From Malacoraja senta (lineage: Eukaryota), in assembly GCA_038087875.1 (NCBI GenBank), contig CM075988.1:17548001-17612000 (forward strand): DNA of 64,000 bases, in the 5' to 3' direction. Positions 39,901 to 51,607 of the stretch are shown piece by piece; position 1 is the first letter of the stretch; every line of letters starts with the position of its first letter. Both the position numbers and the translations under genes were made by a program. The notes beneath the pieces were generated by a model. It did not search any database, was not told where the DNA came from, and saw only the letters and a program-made list of their open reading frames with translations.

Positions 39901-42900
39901 CGGGGTGTGAAGCACTTTTGGGGACCAGACCCAACGGGTCTGCACTTGGTCTAGTATACTAATAAAACTCTGTGGCTGCCTGACTTGTGTCTGCCATCAA
40001 ATCCCCTTTGATACCGCCCTTGGCCCACACAGCACGTGGAAACGCCGATATTTGTTACCATTTCTAAAGAGATTACATTTTTCTTTACGAATAGAAACTC
40101 CTGATTAAATTTCTTCCTGTTTATGTACACATTTTTCAATAAAATCCATCACCACCCCCCCCCCCCACCCCCCACTCACTCATTTTGTCTCCTCCTGCTG
40201 GTCACCCACCATAACGGCTGCTGTTTTTGTCTCCTCCTGCTGGTCACCCACCATAACGGCTTCACACCCCGGGGTGTTGTTCCCGAAGGTTCTTCAGACC
40301 CCGGGGTGTGAAGCACTTTTGGGGACCAGACCCAACGGGTCTGCACTTGGTCTAGTATACTATTAAAACTCTGTGGCTGCCTGACTTGTGTCTGCCATCA
40401 AATCCCCTTTGATACCGCCCTTGGCCCACACAGCACGCGGAAACGCCGATATTTGTTACCATTTCTAAAGAGATTACATTTTTGTTTACGAATAGAAACT
40501 CCTGATTAAATTTCTTCCTGTTTATGTACACATTTTTCAATAAAATCCATCACCACCCCCCCCCCCACCCCCCACTCACTCATTTTGTCTCCTCCTGCTG
40601 GTCACCCACCATAACGGCTGCTGTCGACCGCCTCTGCTCCAAAAATGACGCCATCTTTTTTTTGCTGGCGATTTTCACCCCAGGGTCTGAAGCACCTTCG
40701 GGATCTCACGCCCCGGGGTCTTAAGCACGTTCGGTGTCCAGACCCAACGGCTCTGCACTTGGTCTAGTATTATATTACAACTCTGTGGCTGCCTGACTTG
40801 TGTCTGCCATCACATCCCTTTGATACCGCCCAAGGCCCACACAGCATGAGGAAACGCCGATATTTTTTACCATTTCTAAAGAGATTACATTTATCTTTAC
40901 GAATAGACACTCCTGATTAAATTTGGTCGTGTTTATGTACACTTTTTTAAATAAAACACTTCTGCCCGCCCCCCCCCCAACATTTCAAAATGTTTTTAAA
41001 AAAGCTCTCAGCCATAGAATGTTAGTGAAGTTTCCATTGTGTGATGTCACAATGCCCAATGCTCACAGATGTCCAATCGGAATGGATCCATTTACATATG
41101 CCTTTGCAGCAGCCCCAGCCCCAGCCCCTCCCCCCCCACCCCCGCAGCCTGTGTCGAAGGGCGTCGTCACGTGTGTGGGAATAGAGAAAGATGATAGGGG
41201 GTGATAGGGAATGGGGAACAGATGGACTGTCCCTACCCCTCCTACTTCCACTCTCCCTCCCCACCCCTCCACCACCCCTCTTCAACCCCATCTCCCCCCC
41301 ACCCCCTTCCCCTCTCTCTTGCACCACTCCCCGCAACCCCTCACTCCCAACTCTTCCCCTCTCCCTCCCCCACCTCTCTCCCTCCCCCTCCCTTTCTCCC
41401 TCTCTTCCACCTACTCCTCTCCCCTTCCCCTCATCCCCCCTCTCCACCTCTAACATCCCCTCCCCCCTTCCTGCCCTCCCCGCTCTCCTCCCACTCCCCA
41501 CTCTCCTCCCCCTCCCTCTCCCCCACCCTACTCTCTTCAACCTCACCAATCTCTCCCCTTTCCTCTTCCCCCTCTACCCTCCCTCCCCCTCTCCTCTTCT
41601 CTCCACACCTCGTCTTCCTCTCCACCCTCCCCCCGAGTGTGTTTGGGGGGTGGTTAGTGTGTGTGATGCCGCAGCCCCCCCCCCCCCTCCTGCAAACGCG
41701 CATTGGGAAATCAGCCCACCAACAGTCTCTCTGTCTTTAAGACGGAACTGCAGATGCTGGAAAATCAAAGGTACACAAAAAAAAGCTGTATAACCTCAGC
41801 GGGTGCAGCAGCATCTATGGATCGAAGGAAATAGGCAATGTTTCGGGAGAAAACCCGTCTGAGGATGGGCTTCGGCCCAAAGCGTTGCCTATTTCCTTCG
41901 CTCCATAGATGTTGCTGCATCCGCTGTGTTCCTCCAGCTTTTTTTTGTGTACCAGTCTCTCTGTCTCTCCACTCTCTATCTCTCTCTCTCTCTGCCCTTC
42001 TCTCTTCACAGCCCGCGGCTCGACTCATGCACGCCCGCTCCAACACCCCCCCTTCACCTCTCTCCCCCATCCTCTCCTTCCTCTCTCCACCCTTCTCCTC
42101 TCTCCCCCTCCTCTCTCCCCACCTTCCTCTCCCCCCTCCTCCATCCCTCTACCAATTTTTTTTTTCTAACATTAAATTTTCTCTCTCTGCCCCCCCCCTC
42201 TAGACGCACCTGAGAGGTGAGGGCTATTCATCAGTGGATAGGGTGGAGATGGGATAAAAGAAGCAAATTTAAAAATTAAGATAATATCAAGGGGTGTGAT
42301 GAGTGTGTGTGTTTGTGGGTGCCGGATTCCGTGCTTTGGAGGAAAGGGGGTGGTTAGTGTGACGCCACAGCCCCCCCCCCCTGCCCCCCCCCCGCAAATG
42401 CATGTTCGGTGTCCAGACCCAACGCGTCTGCACTTGGTCTAGTAATATATTAAAACTCTGTGGCTCCCATCCATCCGCCTGACTTGTGTCACCCAGCCCC
42501 TTTGATACCGCCCTACGCCCACACCGCACGCAGAAACGCCGATATTTTTTTCCATTTCTAAAGAGATTTCATTTTTCGTTACAAATAGCCACTCCTGATT
42601 AAATTTCGTCGTGTTTATGTACACTTTTTAAAATAAAATACTTCTCCCCCCCCTCCCCAAACATATCAAAATGTTAAAAAAAACAGCTCTCAGCCATAGA
42701 ATGTTAGTGAAGGTTCCGTTGTGTGATGTCACACTGCCCAATGCTCACAGATGTCCAATCGAAATGGATCCATTTACATATGCCTTTGCAGGAGCCCCGG
42801 CCCCTCCCCCCACCCCCGCAGCCTGTGTTGAAGGGCGTCGTCACGTGTGTGGGAATAGAGAAAGAGGATTGGGGGTGATAGGGAATGGGGAACAGATGGA

Positions 42901-44210
42901 CTGTCCCTACCCCTCCTACTTCCACTCGCCCTCCCCACTCTTCCCCCTCTCTCCTCTCCCCCTCCATCCCCTCCCACCCCCTCTCTTCCCCCTCCACCAC
43001 CCCTCTTCACCCCCATCTTCCCCCCCACCCCCTTCCCCTCTCTCTTGCACCACTCCCCGCTACCCCTCTGCCCTCACTCCCCACTCTTCCCCTCTCCCTC
43101 CCCCACCTCTCTCCCTCCCCCTCCCTCTCTCCCTCTCTCCCCCCTACTGCTCTCCCCTTCCCCTCATCCTCTCTCTCCACCTCTAACATCCCCTCCCCCC
43201 CTCTCCCCCCTTCCTGCCCTTCCTGCCCACCCCGCTCTCCTCCCACTCCCCACTCTGCTCCCCCTCCCTCTCCCCCACCCTGCTCTCTTCTCCCTTACCA
43301 ATCTCTCCCCTTGCCTCCTCCCCCTCTCCCCTCCCTCCCCCTCTCCTCTTCTATCCCCACCCCGTCTCCCTCTCCCCTCTTCTCTCCACACCCCGTCTTC
43401 CTCTCCCCCCCTCCCCCGAGTGTGTTTGGGGGGTGGTTAGTGTGTGTGATGCCGCAGCCCCCCCCCCCCCTTCCCGCAAACTCACGTTGGGAAAACAGCC
43501 CGCCAACAGTCTCTCTGTCTTTAAGACGGAACTGCAGATGCTGGAAAATCAAAGGTACACAAAAAAAAGCTGTATAACCTCAGCAGGTGCAGCAGCATCT
43601 ATGGATCGAAGGAAACAGGCAACGTTTCGGGAGAAAACCGTCTGAGGATGGGCTTCGGCCCAAAGCGTTGCCTATTTCCTTCGCTCCATAGATGCTGCTG
43701 CATCCGCTGTGTTTCTCCAGCTTTTTTGTGTGTACCAGTCGCTCTGTCTCTCCACTCTCTCTCTCTCTCTCTCTGCCCTTCTCTCTTCACAGCCCGCGGC
43801 TCGACTCATGCACGCCCGCTCCAACACCCCCCCTTCACCTCTCTCCCCCATCCTCTTCTTCCTCTCTCCACCCCTCTCCTCTCTCCCCCTCCTCTCTCCC
43901 CACCTTCCTCTCCCCCCTCCTCCATCCCTCTTCCAGTTTTTTTTTCTAACATTAAATTTTCTCACTCTGCCCCCCCCCCCTCTAGATGCACCTGAGAGGT
44001 GAGGGCTATTCATCAGTGGATAGGGTGGAGATGGGAGAAAAGAAGCAAATTAAAAAATTAAGATAATATAATATCAAGGGGTGTGATGAGTGTGTGTGTT
44101 TGTGGGTGCCAGATTCCCACCCCGCAACCGTGCTTTGGAGGAAAGGGGGTGGTTAGTGTGAGCAAACGCACATTCGGTGTCCAGACCCAACGGGTCTGCA
44201 CTTGGTCTAG
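36778..44210 (+). mobile_element. Tandem array of seven non-autonomous Helitron-like units
   Basis: Each unit ends with hairpin CAGACCC-AAC-GGGTCTG + CACTTGGT + CTAG (ends at 37440, 39491, 39954, 40355, 40767, 42442, 44210) and restarts with an AT-rich 5' end (..TAAAACTCTGTGGCTGCC). The array starts at A|TC and is followed by T; no TSD. Confidence 0.8.
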
Positions 44211-44416
44211 TATATATATATTACTATATTATATTATTATACTATATTATATATTATATATAATATATGCAAAATATACATGGAATTATATACATAATTA
44301 TATACATACTATACATTACATGAAAAGATAAGCACATTTTTGATCCATTGTTCAGGAAGCAATTTTGTTTCCACTATACAAAATCAGATTATTTGCTCAA
44401 ATTTATTCTTTGCATA

Positions 44417-44434
44417 GAAAAGGAAACTGAAAGC
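44417..44434 (+). promoter_or_regulatory. Proximal triple-GAAA ISRE-like element (copy A)
   Basis: GAAA-AG-GAAA-CT-GAAA-GC; conserved at 55589-55606 and 63303-63320. Confidence 0.55.
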
Positions 44435-45113
44435 TCATAACCCAGCCAATAGTTTAAAAAAATTATATACCACAAAGTACAAGTTAAGACATTTGTTTCC
44501 TGATATACTGGTCAGGGCAATATAATAAGGCATTGAATACCTTTACAATATTTAAAATTGTGGTTGAGTCAGAGCCAGGGTAGGTTTTTCCAAGAATCTG
44601 TTTGGCAGATTCACCAGCATGCAAGAACATGAGGGACATATGGAGACTCAAGGAACTGCGGATGCTTGAGCTAAAAACAAAGTACTTATTACAAAGTACA
44701 AAATATTAATTTGCCAGATGAGGCAGCATTTGTGGTGGAAAATGAACGGTTCTTGTTTTGGGATCTTGTCGGTATCTTGTCGGGATCTTTCTTCAGACTG
44801 ACGGAGCAGGGACGAGGAAGCTGGAGAGAGGGGGTCGGGCAAAGCCCAGTAAGTGATAGGTGAGGGAGGAGGAATTGATTGAGAGATGGTTAGAGATAAT
44901 GATGAAGTCTAGAGGTAAAACAGAGACAAAAGGATATAAGAAAAGAAAAGAAGCGGAACAGTGAAATGTGCTAAGGGAGAGGGTGGAGTAAGAAAGAAGA
45001 GGGGGAAATATGATCAGATTCGGTTAAGGATTTAGGACAGAATTAATAAATCTCTTACCTTTATTTTATTTTATTTTTGTCAAAAGGCAAGTTTTGAACT
45101 TCGACTCGTTACA

Positions 45114-45581
45114 ATGGCCTGCTATATTCCAAATATATGGGGAGCAGAAGATATGCCTTGTTTTACTCCACTGTGCCTCATGGACGGTACGGCACCAGTT
45201 GAAAACAAAATCTATGTGATGTACCATGGAACCAGTGCTGCAGATGCGCATGCCATTCGTAAAAGTGGTTTCCGTCGATCCAAAGATGGCATGTTCGGTC
45301 CTGGAGTCTATGTCACGCGAAGCCTCGATAAAGCCAGGAGGTATCCCCTAGATTTGAATAACAGGCAAAAGGCTGTGCTTAAGTTGCTGGTCAATGTGGG
45401 AAAAGTCAAAAAGATAGATTATCAAGGGCACCCACTCCAGAAGACATGGCACTGTCATGGCTATGACACTGCTTGGTGCCCTCCAAGGTGTGGGATGGTT
45501 AAAAGTGGTCTGGAAGAAGATTGTGTCTGGGATCCCAGGAGAATAAAAGTTATTGATGTAATTCGCCCAAAAAAACATTAG
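45114..45581 (+). CDS. gig2: Gig2-family (grass carp reovirus-induced gene 2-like) PARP-like ADP-ribosyltransferase-fold protein, copy A, 155 aa
   Basis: Family motifs YVMYHGTS, GFRRSKDGMFGPGVYV, KARRYP, VNVGKVKKIDYQGHPLQKTWH, GYDTAWCPP, SGLEEDCVWDP. Branch-like CTTAC, pyrimidine tract and AG acceptor (45085-45086) lie 27 nt before the ATG (ACAATGG context). Confidence 0.92.
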   Translation: MACYIPNIWGAEDMPCFTPLCLMDGTAPVENKIYVMYHGTSAADAHAIRKSGFRRSKDGMFGPGVYVTRSLDKARRYPLDLNNRQKAVLKLLVNVGKVKKIDYQGHPLQKTWHCHGYDTAWCPPRCGMVKSGLEEDCVWDPRRIKVIDVIRPKKH

Positions 45582-46107
45582 CAAAACCAGTGGATCTTCC
45601 CTGAATACTTCTGATCTTACTTGGGCAATGGGGTAATAGTTAGAAGATGTGGATAATGGTGATCTTGGGTGTAACAATGGTGGTGGGAGCTCCACATATG
45701 ACAATCAAACTTTGGGTTTGGGGGGAGAAAGCTCCTATTTTTGAAGATGGCCCTCAGTATGCTTTAGAGAGTAATAGAAATGAATTAAGTGGGTTATCCC
45801 ATAACCTACCAATGTTCATCGTGTAAATCTTGTGAAAAATTAGTTGTTTTGGTGACATATTGGAGGTTGCTGTAACCGGGAAAGCAGATAATTAGGTAGA
45901 TCAGCATCAGCTGCAGTGGGATTAAAACAAGTTCGGGAAATAAAGCAAATAATTCTACTCAGACAATAAAAAATCAGGTGGTTAAAGTCTTACATTGTGA
46001 TCTTTGAAATGCAACCTCTCAAAGCAATCACTGTATTATGCTGTAGTAACAAATTTTGTGAGTTGGAAAACCATTGATCACTGTATTCTGTGTCTTGTAC
46101 TACATTT

Positions 46108-46113
46108 AATAAA
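46108..46113 (+). terminator. Candidate polyadenylation signal of copy A (alternatives at 45939 and 45965)
   Basis: AATAAA followed by T/GT-rich ttttagttgttttgctgt; conserved in copy B at 57424-57429. Confidence 0.45.
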
Positions 46114-48827
46114 ATCATTGGCCACTTTTTAGTTGTTTTGCTGTATTTATGGGATAACATGGTTCCTCAGTGGTGAAGGTACCACCATTATATGAGATGA
46201 AGCCATATACAAAATGTTATGTGACTCTTCCACCAATATTTCTCCCTATGTTGTCCCATTTCATCTAAATCCCTCCCCCGGGTGTCTCCTTCCACCTATT
46301 TGTCTTTCAACAATATCCATCCCTCTGGCTTTACATTTCACTCCTCCTCATCTAACCTTCCTCAACTGCATCCACCTATCACTTGCCAGGCATTGTTCTG
46401 CCTCCACCTTTTTACTGGCTTTCGCATCCCCGACTACAATTAATCTGAAGAAGGGCTCTGACCCAAAATATCGTCTTTCACTTCCCCCCACAGATGATGC
46501 CTGACCTGCTGAGCTACTCCAGCACTTTGTATTTCGATCAAAATTCCAGCATCTTCCATTTATTTTGTCTCCATGATGTGACTCTTTTTCTTCTAACCAC
46601 TGGCCTACTGCACACCTCTCCATCTATAACCAATGGCACTACTTTCAACCATGTCAATAGTAAAAACCTGTTCTGTGAGTCTACCTGTCTCTCTCTCTCA
46701 GAAAACCCATTCCAATCCTCACATTCCTCGCATTTCCTGCCAGTTGTTCAATTCCTTTGCTATCATAACCCTTGTGTTAGTGGTAAAATAAAGGACCTCT
46801 AGGAAGGATGTAGTTAAACTGAATAGTGCGGAGATGATTAATGAGGATGTTGCATTTATCAGGACTTGAGGGTCTGAGCTATATGGAGAGGTTGGGCAGG
46901 CTCGGACTGTATTCCTTGTAGTGTAGGAGGATGGGAGATGGTCTTTCAGTTCAGAAGCTCATAAGTCATAGGAGCAGAATTAGGCCATTTGGCCCATCAA
47001 GTCTACTCTGCCATTCTCTGTCTACTCTGCCAAAGGGCCTGTTTCCATGCTGTCTTCTCCTTTTCGTGTCCATCTTGTTACAAATGTTGACCTCGCTGCC
47101 ATCGTCCGTCCTGAAAAGGACGCAAGCTTCCGGCGACAATCAGTGGAAGCCATCACTTGTCGCAATAGATAATGGTAGTAGCAGAATTAGCTCAGGATAC
47201 TTCCAGTTTTTAGCCCCGCGACATGGAGACTTCTGCTATGGGGCCATCCGTGCTGTATGACTCTGGTTTATAGTTAGTAACCTTTCACACTGCCTAATTC
47301 AGCTGCTGCCTCCTTTGAAGGTTTATCTGCCTGCAGGGACTGGTGACATCAACACAAGGTAGGCATGTTTCGTTATCTTGTGGCATTTTCATCAGGTGCA
47401 TTGAGGGTTGAGAGAAGATTTAAGAATTTTGATGTATCAAGGGTTGTAGTAAACATGCAAACTGATGGAGCTAAGCCTGGATGAGATCAACTGGGCTGTT
47501 CTTGCATGTCTGTGCAGGCTCAAGGAGGGTGTATGGTTTATTTCTGCTCTTACTTCCTATCTTCTTATCTTTTTATAGTAACTGAAAATTTAGTACACAC
47601 TGTGTACAACATAGGCTCCCTCTAACTCCATAAAATGGTTCATTTTTGCATTGTGTTTTTTAACCCAGTGACAAGTTAGATCTTTCAATCAAGTTGATGA
47701 ATTTGCAGTTATGTTGTATCTTTTAGATTATTTTATATTTTCAAATTTGCAATTACCACAAATAATTACCACTCGCTGATGATTCTCTCTCTGTTTAACT
47801 GCACAAACTATAACTTGTATCTCTTATATATGAGACCCATTTTCGCCTTTAATTTCAAGTGCTGCAAAGTTTACTGGCAATTGTCCTCACTAATAAAGCA
47901 GAGCATTACTGTCCAGGAATGATCAGGTTTAACTCCTGACTGCAGATGGGCTGGCTAATATGATTGATGCAGACAGCATCTCTATTCATGTAATGGAAGG
48001 CAAAAATAAAAATCAGGCTTCTTGCTTGCAATTACACCTGAGAGTTGCATTCATTGATTGAGGACAGGGCTTTGTTGTTGAGTGCCCTGCATTGTTGATA
48101 ACCCTACTGGTGCTTATTATCCATATAATCCTTTTCTTACAAGGCGAGGCGATATACACTTGTGAGACTGAGTCTACATTCACTGGACACCTTCAGTATC
48201 AGAACGGACAAATTAAACAAAGGTCCCACATGTGGGCATCTAATACGAGTCTTATATCAGAGAGCAATGGTAAATTGTAATGATTAATTCACAGGATGTG
48301 GTTATGACTCGGAAAGTCAGCATTGCCCATCACTTTATGGCCCTGAACGTGATATGTTTAACCAAACAATGATAAAAATGGTAGATTTTAAAAATACCAT
48401 TTCAATTAAAAGGATTAGTTTAGATCATCCACAGATAGCACTTGTGGAAACTTGCTTTCTGTCGAAGCCTCGTTGTTATTCCCATTGATATTCATTTAGT
48501 TTAGTTTAGAGATACAGCATGGAAATATATCTGTAGAAGTTGGTGAGAGTTGTTGGGGACGTGCTGAACTTCCTAAGTCGCATCTGTCTGTCTGGCACAT
48601 ACCCTCTAAGCCTACCCAAAGATAGACACAAAAAGCTGGAGTAACTCAGCAGGACAGGCAGCATCTCTGAAGAGAAGAGAAGAGATGGGGGAAGTTTTTA
48701 GTCGAGACCCATGAAAAGGCCCTTCAGCCCACAATGTCTGTGCCGAACAAGATGCCAAGATCGTCACTCATCTGCCAGCGTATGATCAATATCCCTCCAT
48801 ATCCATGTGCCTATTCAAAAGTTTCTT

Positions 48828-49662
48828 TTTTTTTCTTTAAACATTTTTTTTTTAAATTAGAAGTATTGTACATTGCAGTGATATCAAGCAAAAATAAAAT
48901 TATACAAATCTTATACCACTTCTTATTTTAATCTTTAAAGAGAAAAAAGATAGAGAGAGTTAGCAAAGATAGTGAGTGAGTGAAAGAGTGGTCCAGGGAA
49001 ACCCGTAGGGACCTAAACCACAAGAAAGAGTTAAACAGAAAACAAAAGGAAAAGGAAAAAAAAGAAAAAAAGTAAGATAAGATAAGACAAGATAAAAGGG
49101 ATGTACCTACTTCGTATCTTTACACACCCCTCACCAGGTCCTGAAACCATTTATTTTCAACGTTTTGTTGCACCCTATGTTTGTAACAAGTCGATAAATG
49201 GAGACCAAATCTTTTGGAAATGGTCTGATTTACCTGCTAAGAGGAATCTCATATCTTCCAGGTGTAACAGTTCGGACATATTAGAAAACCACATTTTTAT
49301 CGTTGGTGTGGGAGCGTTTTTCCAGAATTTCAGTATAAGTTTTTTTGCCATTATTAAGCCGTAATTAAGGAAGCTCTTTTGAAATGAAGTCAGCTCAAAG
49401 CTGGCTTCCATTGTTCCAAAAATAATCAGTTCTGCATTCGGTTTCATTTTTATTTTAAATAATTTCATAAAAATTTCAAAGATTTCATTCCAAAATTTTT
49501 GAATTTTTATACAAAAAACAAAAGAATGTGCTATAGTTGCTTCTTGGGTTAGATATTTATCACAGATGGAAGAGACATTTGGATAAAATTTACTTATTTT
49601 AGCTTTTGAGTAGTATAGTCTATGTAAAGTTTTAAAGTGAATTAGAATGTGTCTTACATTAA
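48828..49662 (-). mobile_element. 5'-truncated L1-clade LINE (ORF2 C-terminus, 3'UTR, polyA) with 13-bp TSD
   Basis: HFKTLHRLYYS..ICDK..HSFVFC..KFW L1-type C-terminus. TCAAAAGTTTCTT at 48815-48827 and 49663-49675; T-run at the left end. Confidence 0.85.
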
Positions 49663-51607
49663 TCAAAAGTTTCTTAAACACCACTATCGTATCTGCCTCC
49701 ACCACCACCCCTGGCAGCGCAGAATGGTCTCATCCCGAGACGTCGCCCATTTCTTCTCTCTAGAGATGCTGCCTGTCCAGTTGCGTTGCACCAGCTTTTT
49801 GTGTCTATCTTTATACCAACATCTGCACTTCCTTCCTACAAACCTAATGACAAATGTACTACAAATTTTGTTCATGGCAAGCTCTCAAAAATTAGCAGTA
49901 TAATTTTAACAATTTATCTGTAACATTTAAGGAATTAATTTTCTCAGGATTTTAGGTATAGTAATTGCCCTGGATGAACAAAAGCAACCCTTGAAAATCA
50001 TTTACATGCCCGGATGTGGCTTCATACCTCTGAGGAAGTGGATATCAGGCAAGTAATGTCATGCCAAATTCCAATGAAACAATCAGCTTATTTTACCAAA
50101 AGGGATGAAAACAATGAAGCTTAGATTCACTTTGACGTTACTAAAAATAAAGGAATTTCAGTTGTGACGAACCAGTTAAAGGAAGCTTTTTTTTTCAATT
50201 GCAATTATATGGCACTTTTTGCAGTCTAAAGTTTTCTGAACTTTAGCATCAGATGCAATTTTTATACTCAGATCTTTATAATGAGACTTGAATACACAGT
50301 GTGTGTGCAATCAACTGTGCCATCTCTGAACTGGAATGATTGAATATTTCTAATCCTTCATCTTGTTTCTCAAGTCATAGAGGCATACAGCAGGGAAACA
50401 GGCCCTTCAGCCCAATTTGCCCATGCCGACCAACATGCCTCATCTACATTAGTTCAACCTGACTGCATTTAGCCCATATCCATCGAAACCTATCCTATCC
50501 ATGAACCTGTCTAAATGTTTCTTAAACATTGTAATAGTACCTGCCCCAACTACCTCCTCCAGCATCTCATTCTATATATCTACCAAGCTTTATGTTAAAA
50601 AGTTACACCTTAGTTTCCAATTAAATCTCCCCCGCTCCCCCTCACCTTAACTATATGTTGTCTGGTTCTTGATTCTCCTAATCTGGGCATTTACCCTATT
50701 TATCCCTCTCATGATCTTTTACATCTCTATGTGACAGTCTTCTGAAGAACTCTATATGAAGATTGCAAATGGATGACTCACACACAAGTCAGCGAGCTGA
50801 GACCGGAAGGTTGTGGCAAACGTAGGTAGATGAATGCTTGAACTATTGTGAAATTCTCTTGCAAGAGAATTATACTGCAGACCAAATATAACGTATACAG
50901 TGTGGCAGTGTTCATACCACTGGTGTTGATTTCTCTAACTTCAAGTAATCCTAGCATTCCCTCTCTCTGTGTCTCTCCACCACCCTAGTTCTCTGACTAG
51001 TTTCACTATCCTAATTCACTAATTCTAATATTAATCAGTCCAGAGCAGAATTAGGTGTTCATTAATTGGTTTCTACTAAAGGAAATTGAACAGTTTTGCA
51101 AAAATAAACTCTGTGACATCAGCTATAGTAGTTTGCTTTTCCTGTCACAGATTATCACTGCCTTATACTAAAGTGAAATGAGAGAACATTTAATTTAGTT
51201 CATCTGATGCTAAAATTTGCCACAGTTCATTCAGTAAGGTGATGCAGCTTTTGAGAAAACGGTGACCTTGTTTCCAATCACATATAAATGACATTGAACT
51301 GAAATCTAATTGACACTTACATCTTAATAACTGATCCTTTGCAAAAAGAAAAAAAAGATTAAAAATGCACATCATTAAGACAGTATCTGTTCGTAATAAG
51401 GATGTTTAGCACTTTTTATTTTCTCAGTCTCTCAGCATTACTTAAAAAACACAGATGAGGGAACAGGTGATGTACGTGATGCAAAATATAAACTGTTTGA
51501 GGAACTCAGCGGGTCAGGCAGTATATGTGGAGGGAAAAGGATGGACAACAGTTTGGAATTGGACCCTTCTTCAGACTGAGGGAGAGGGGAGATAGCTAGC
51601 AGAAAAA

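Noticed and set aside
37727..44013. Many Pro/Ser/Leu-rich and Gly/Arg/Glu-rich ORFs up to 264 aa
   Set aside because: By-products of C/T low-complexity tracts that lack stop codons inside the Helitron-like units; frames are not conserved between units.
36778..44210. CRISPR-like array (recurring ~30-nt hairpin repeat)
   Set aside because: Intervals are 0.4-2 kb and homologous to each other, the context is eukaryotic, and no cas genes are present; Helitron termini explain it.
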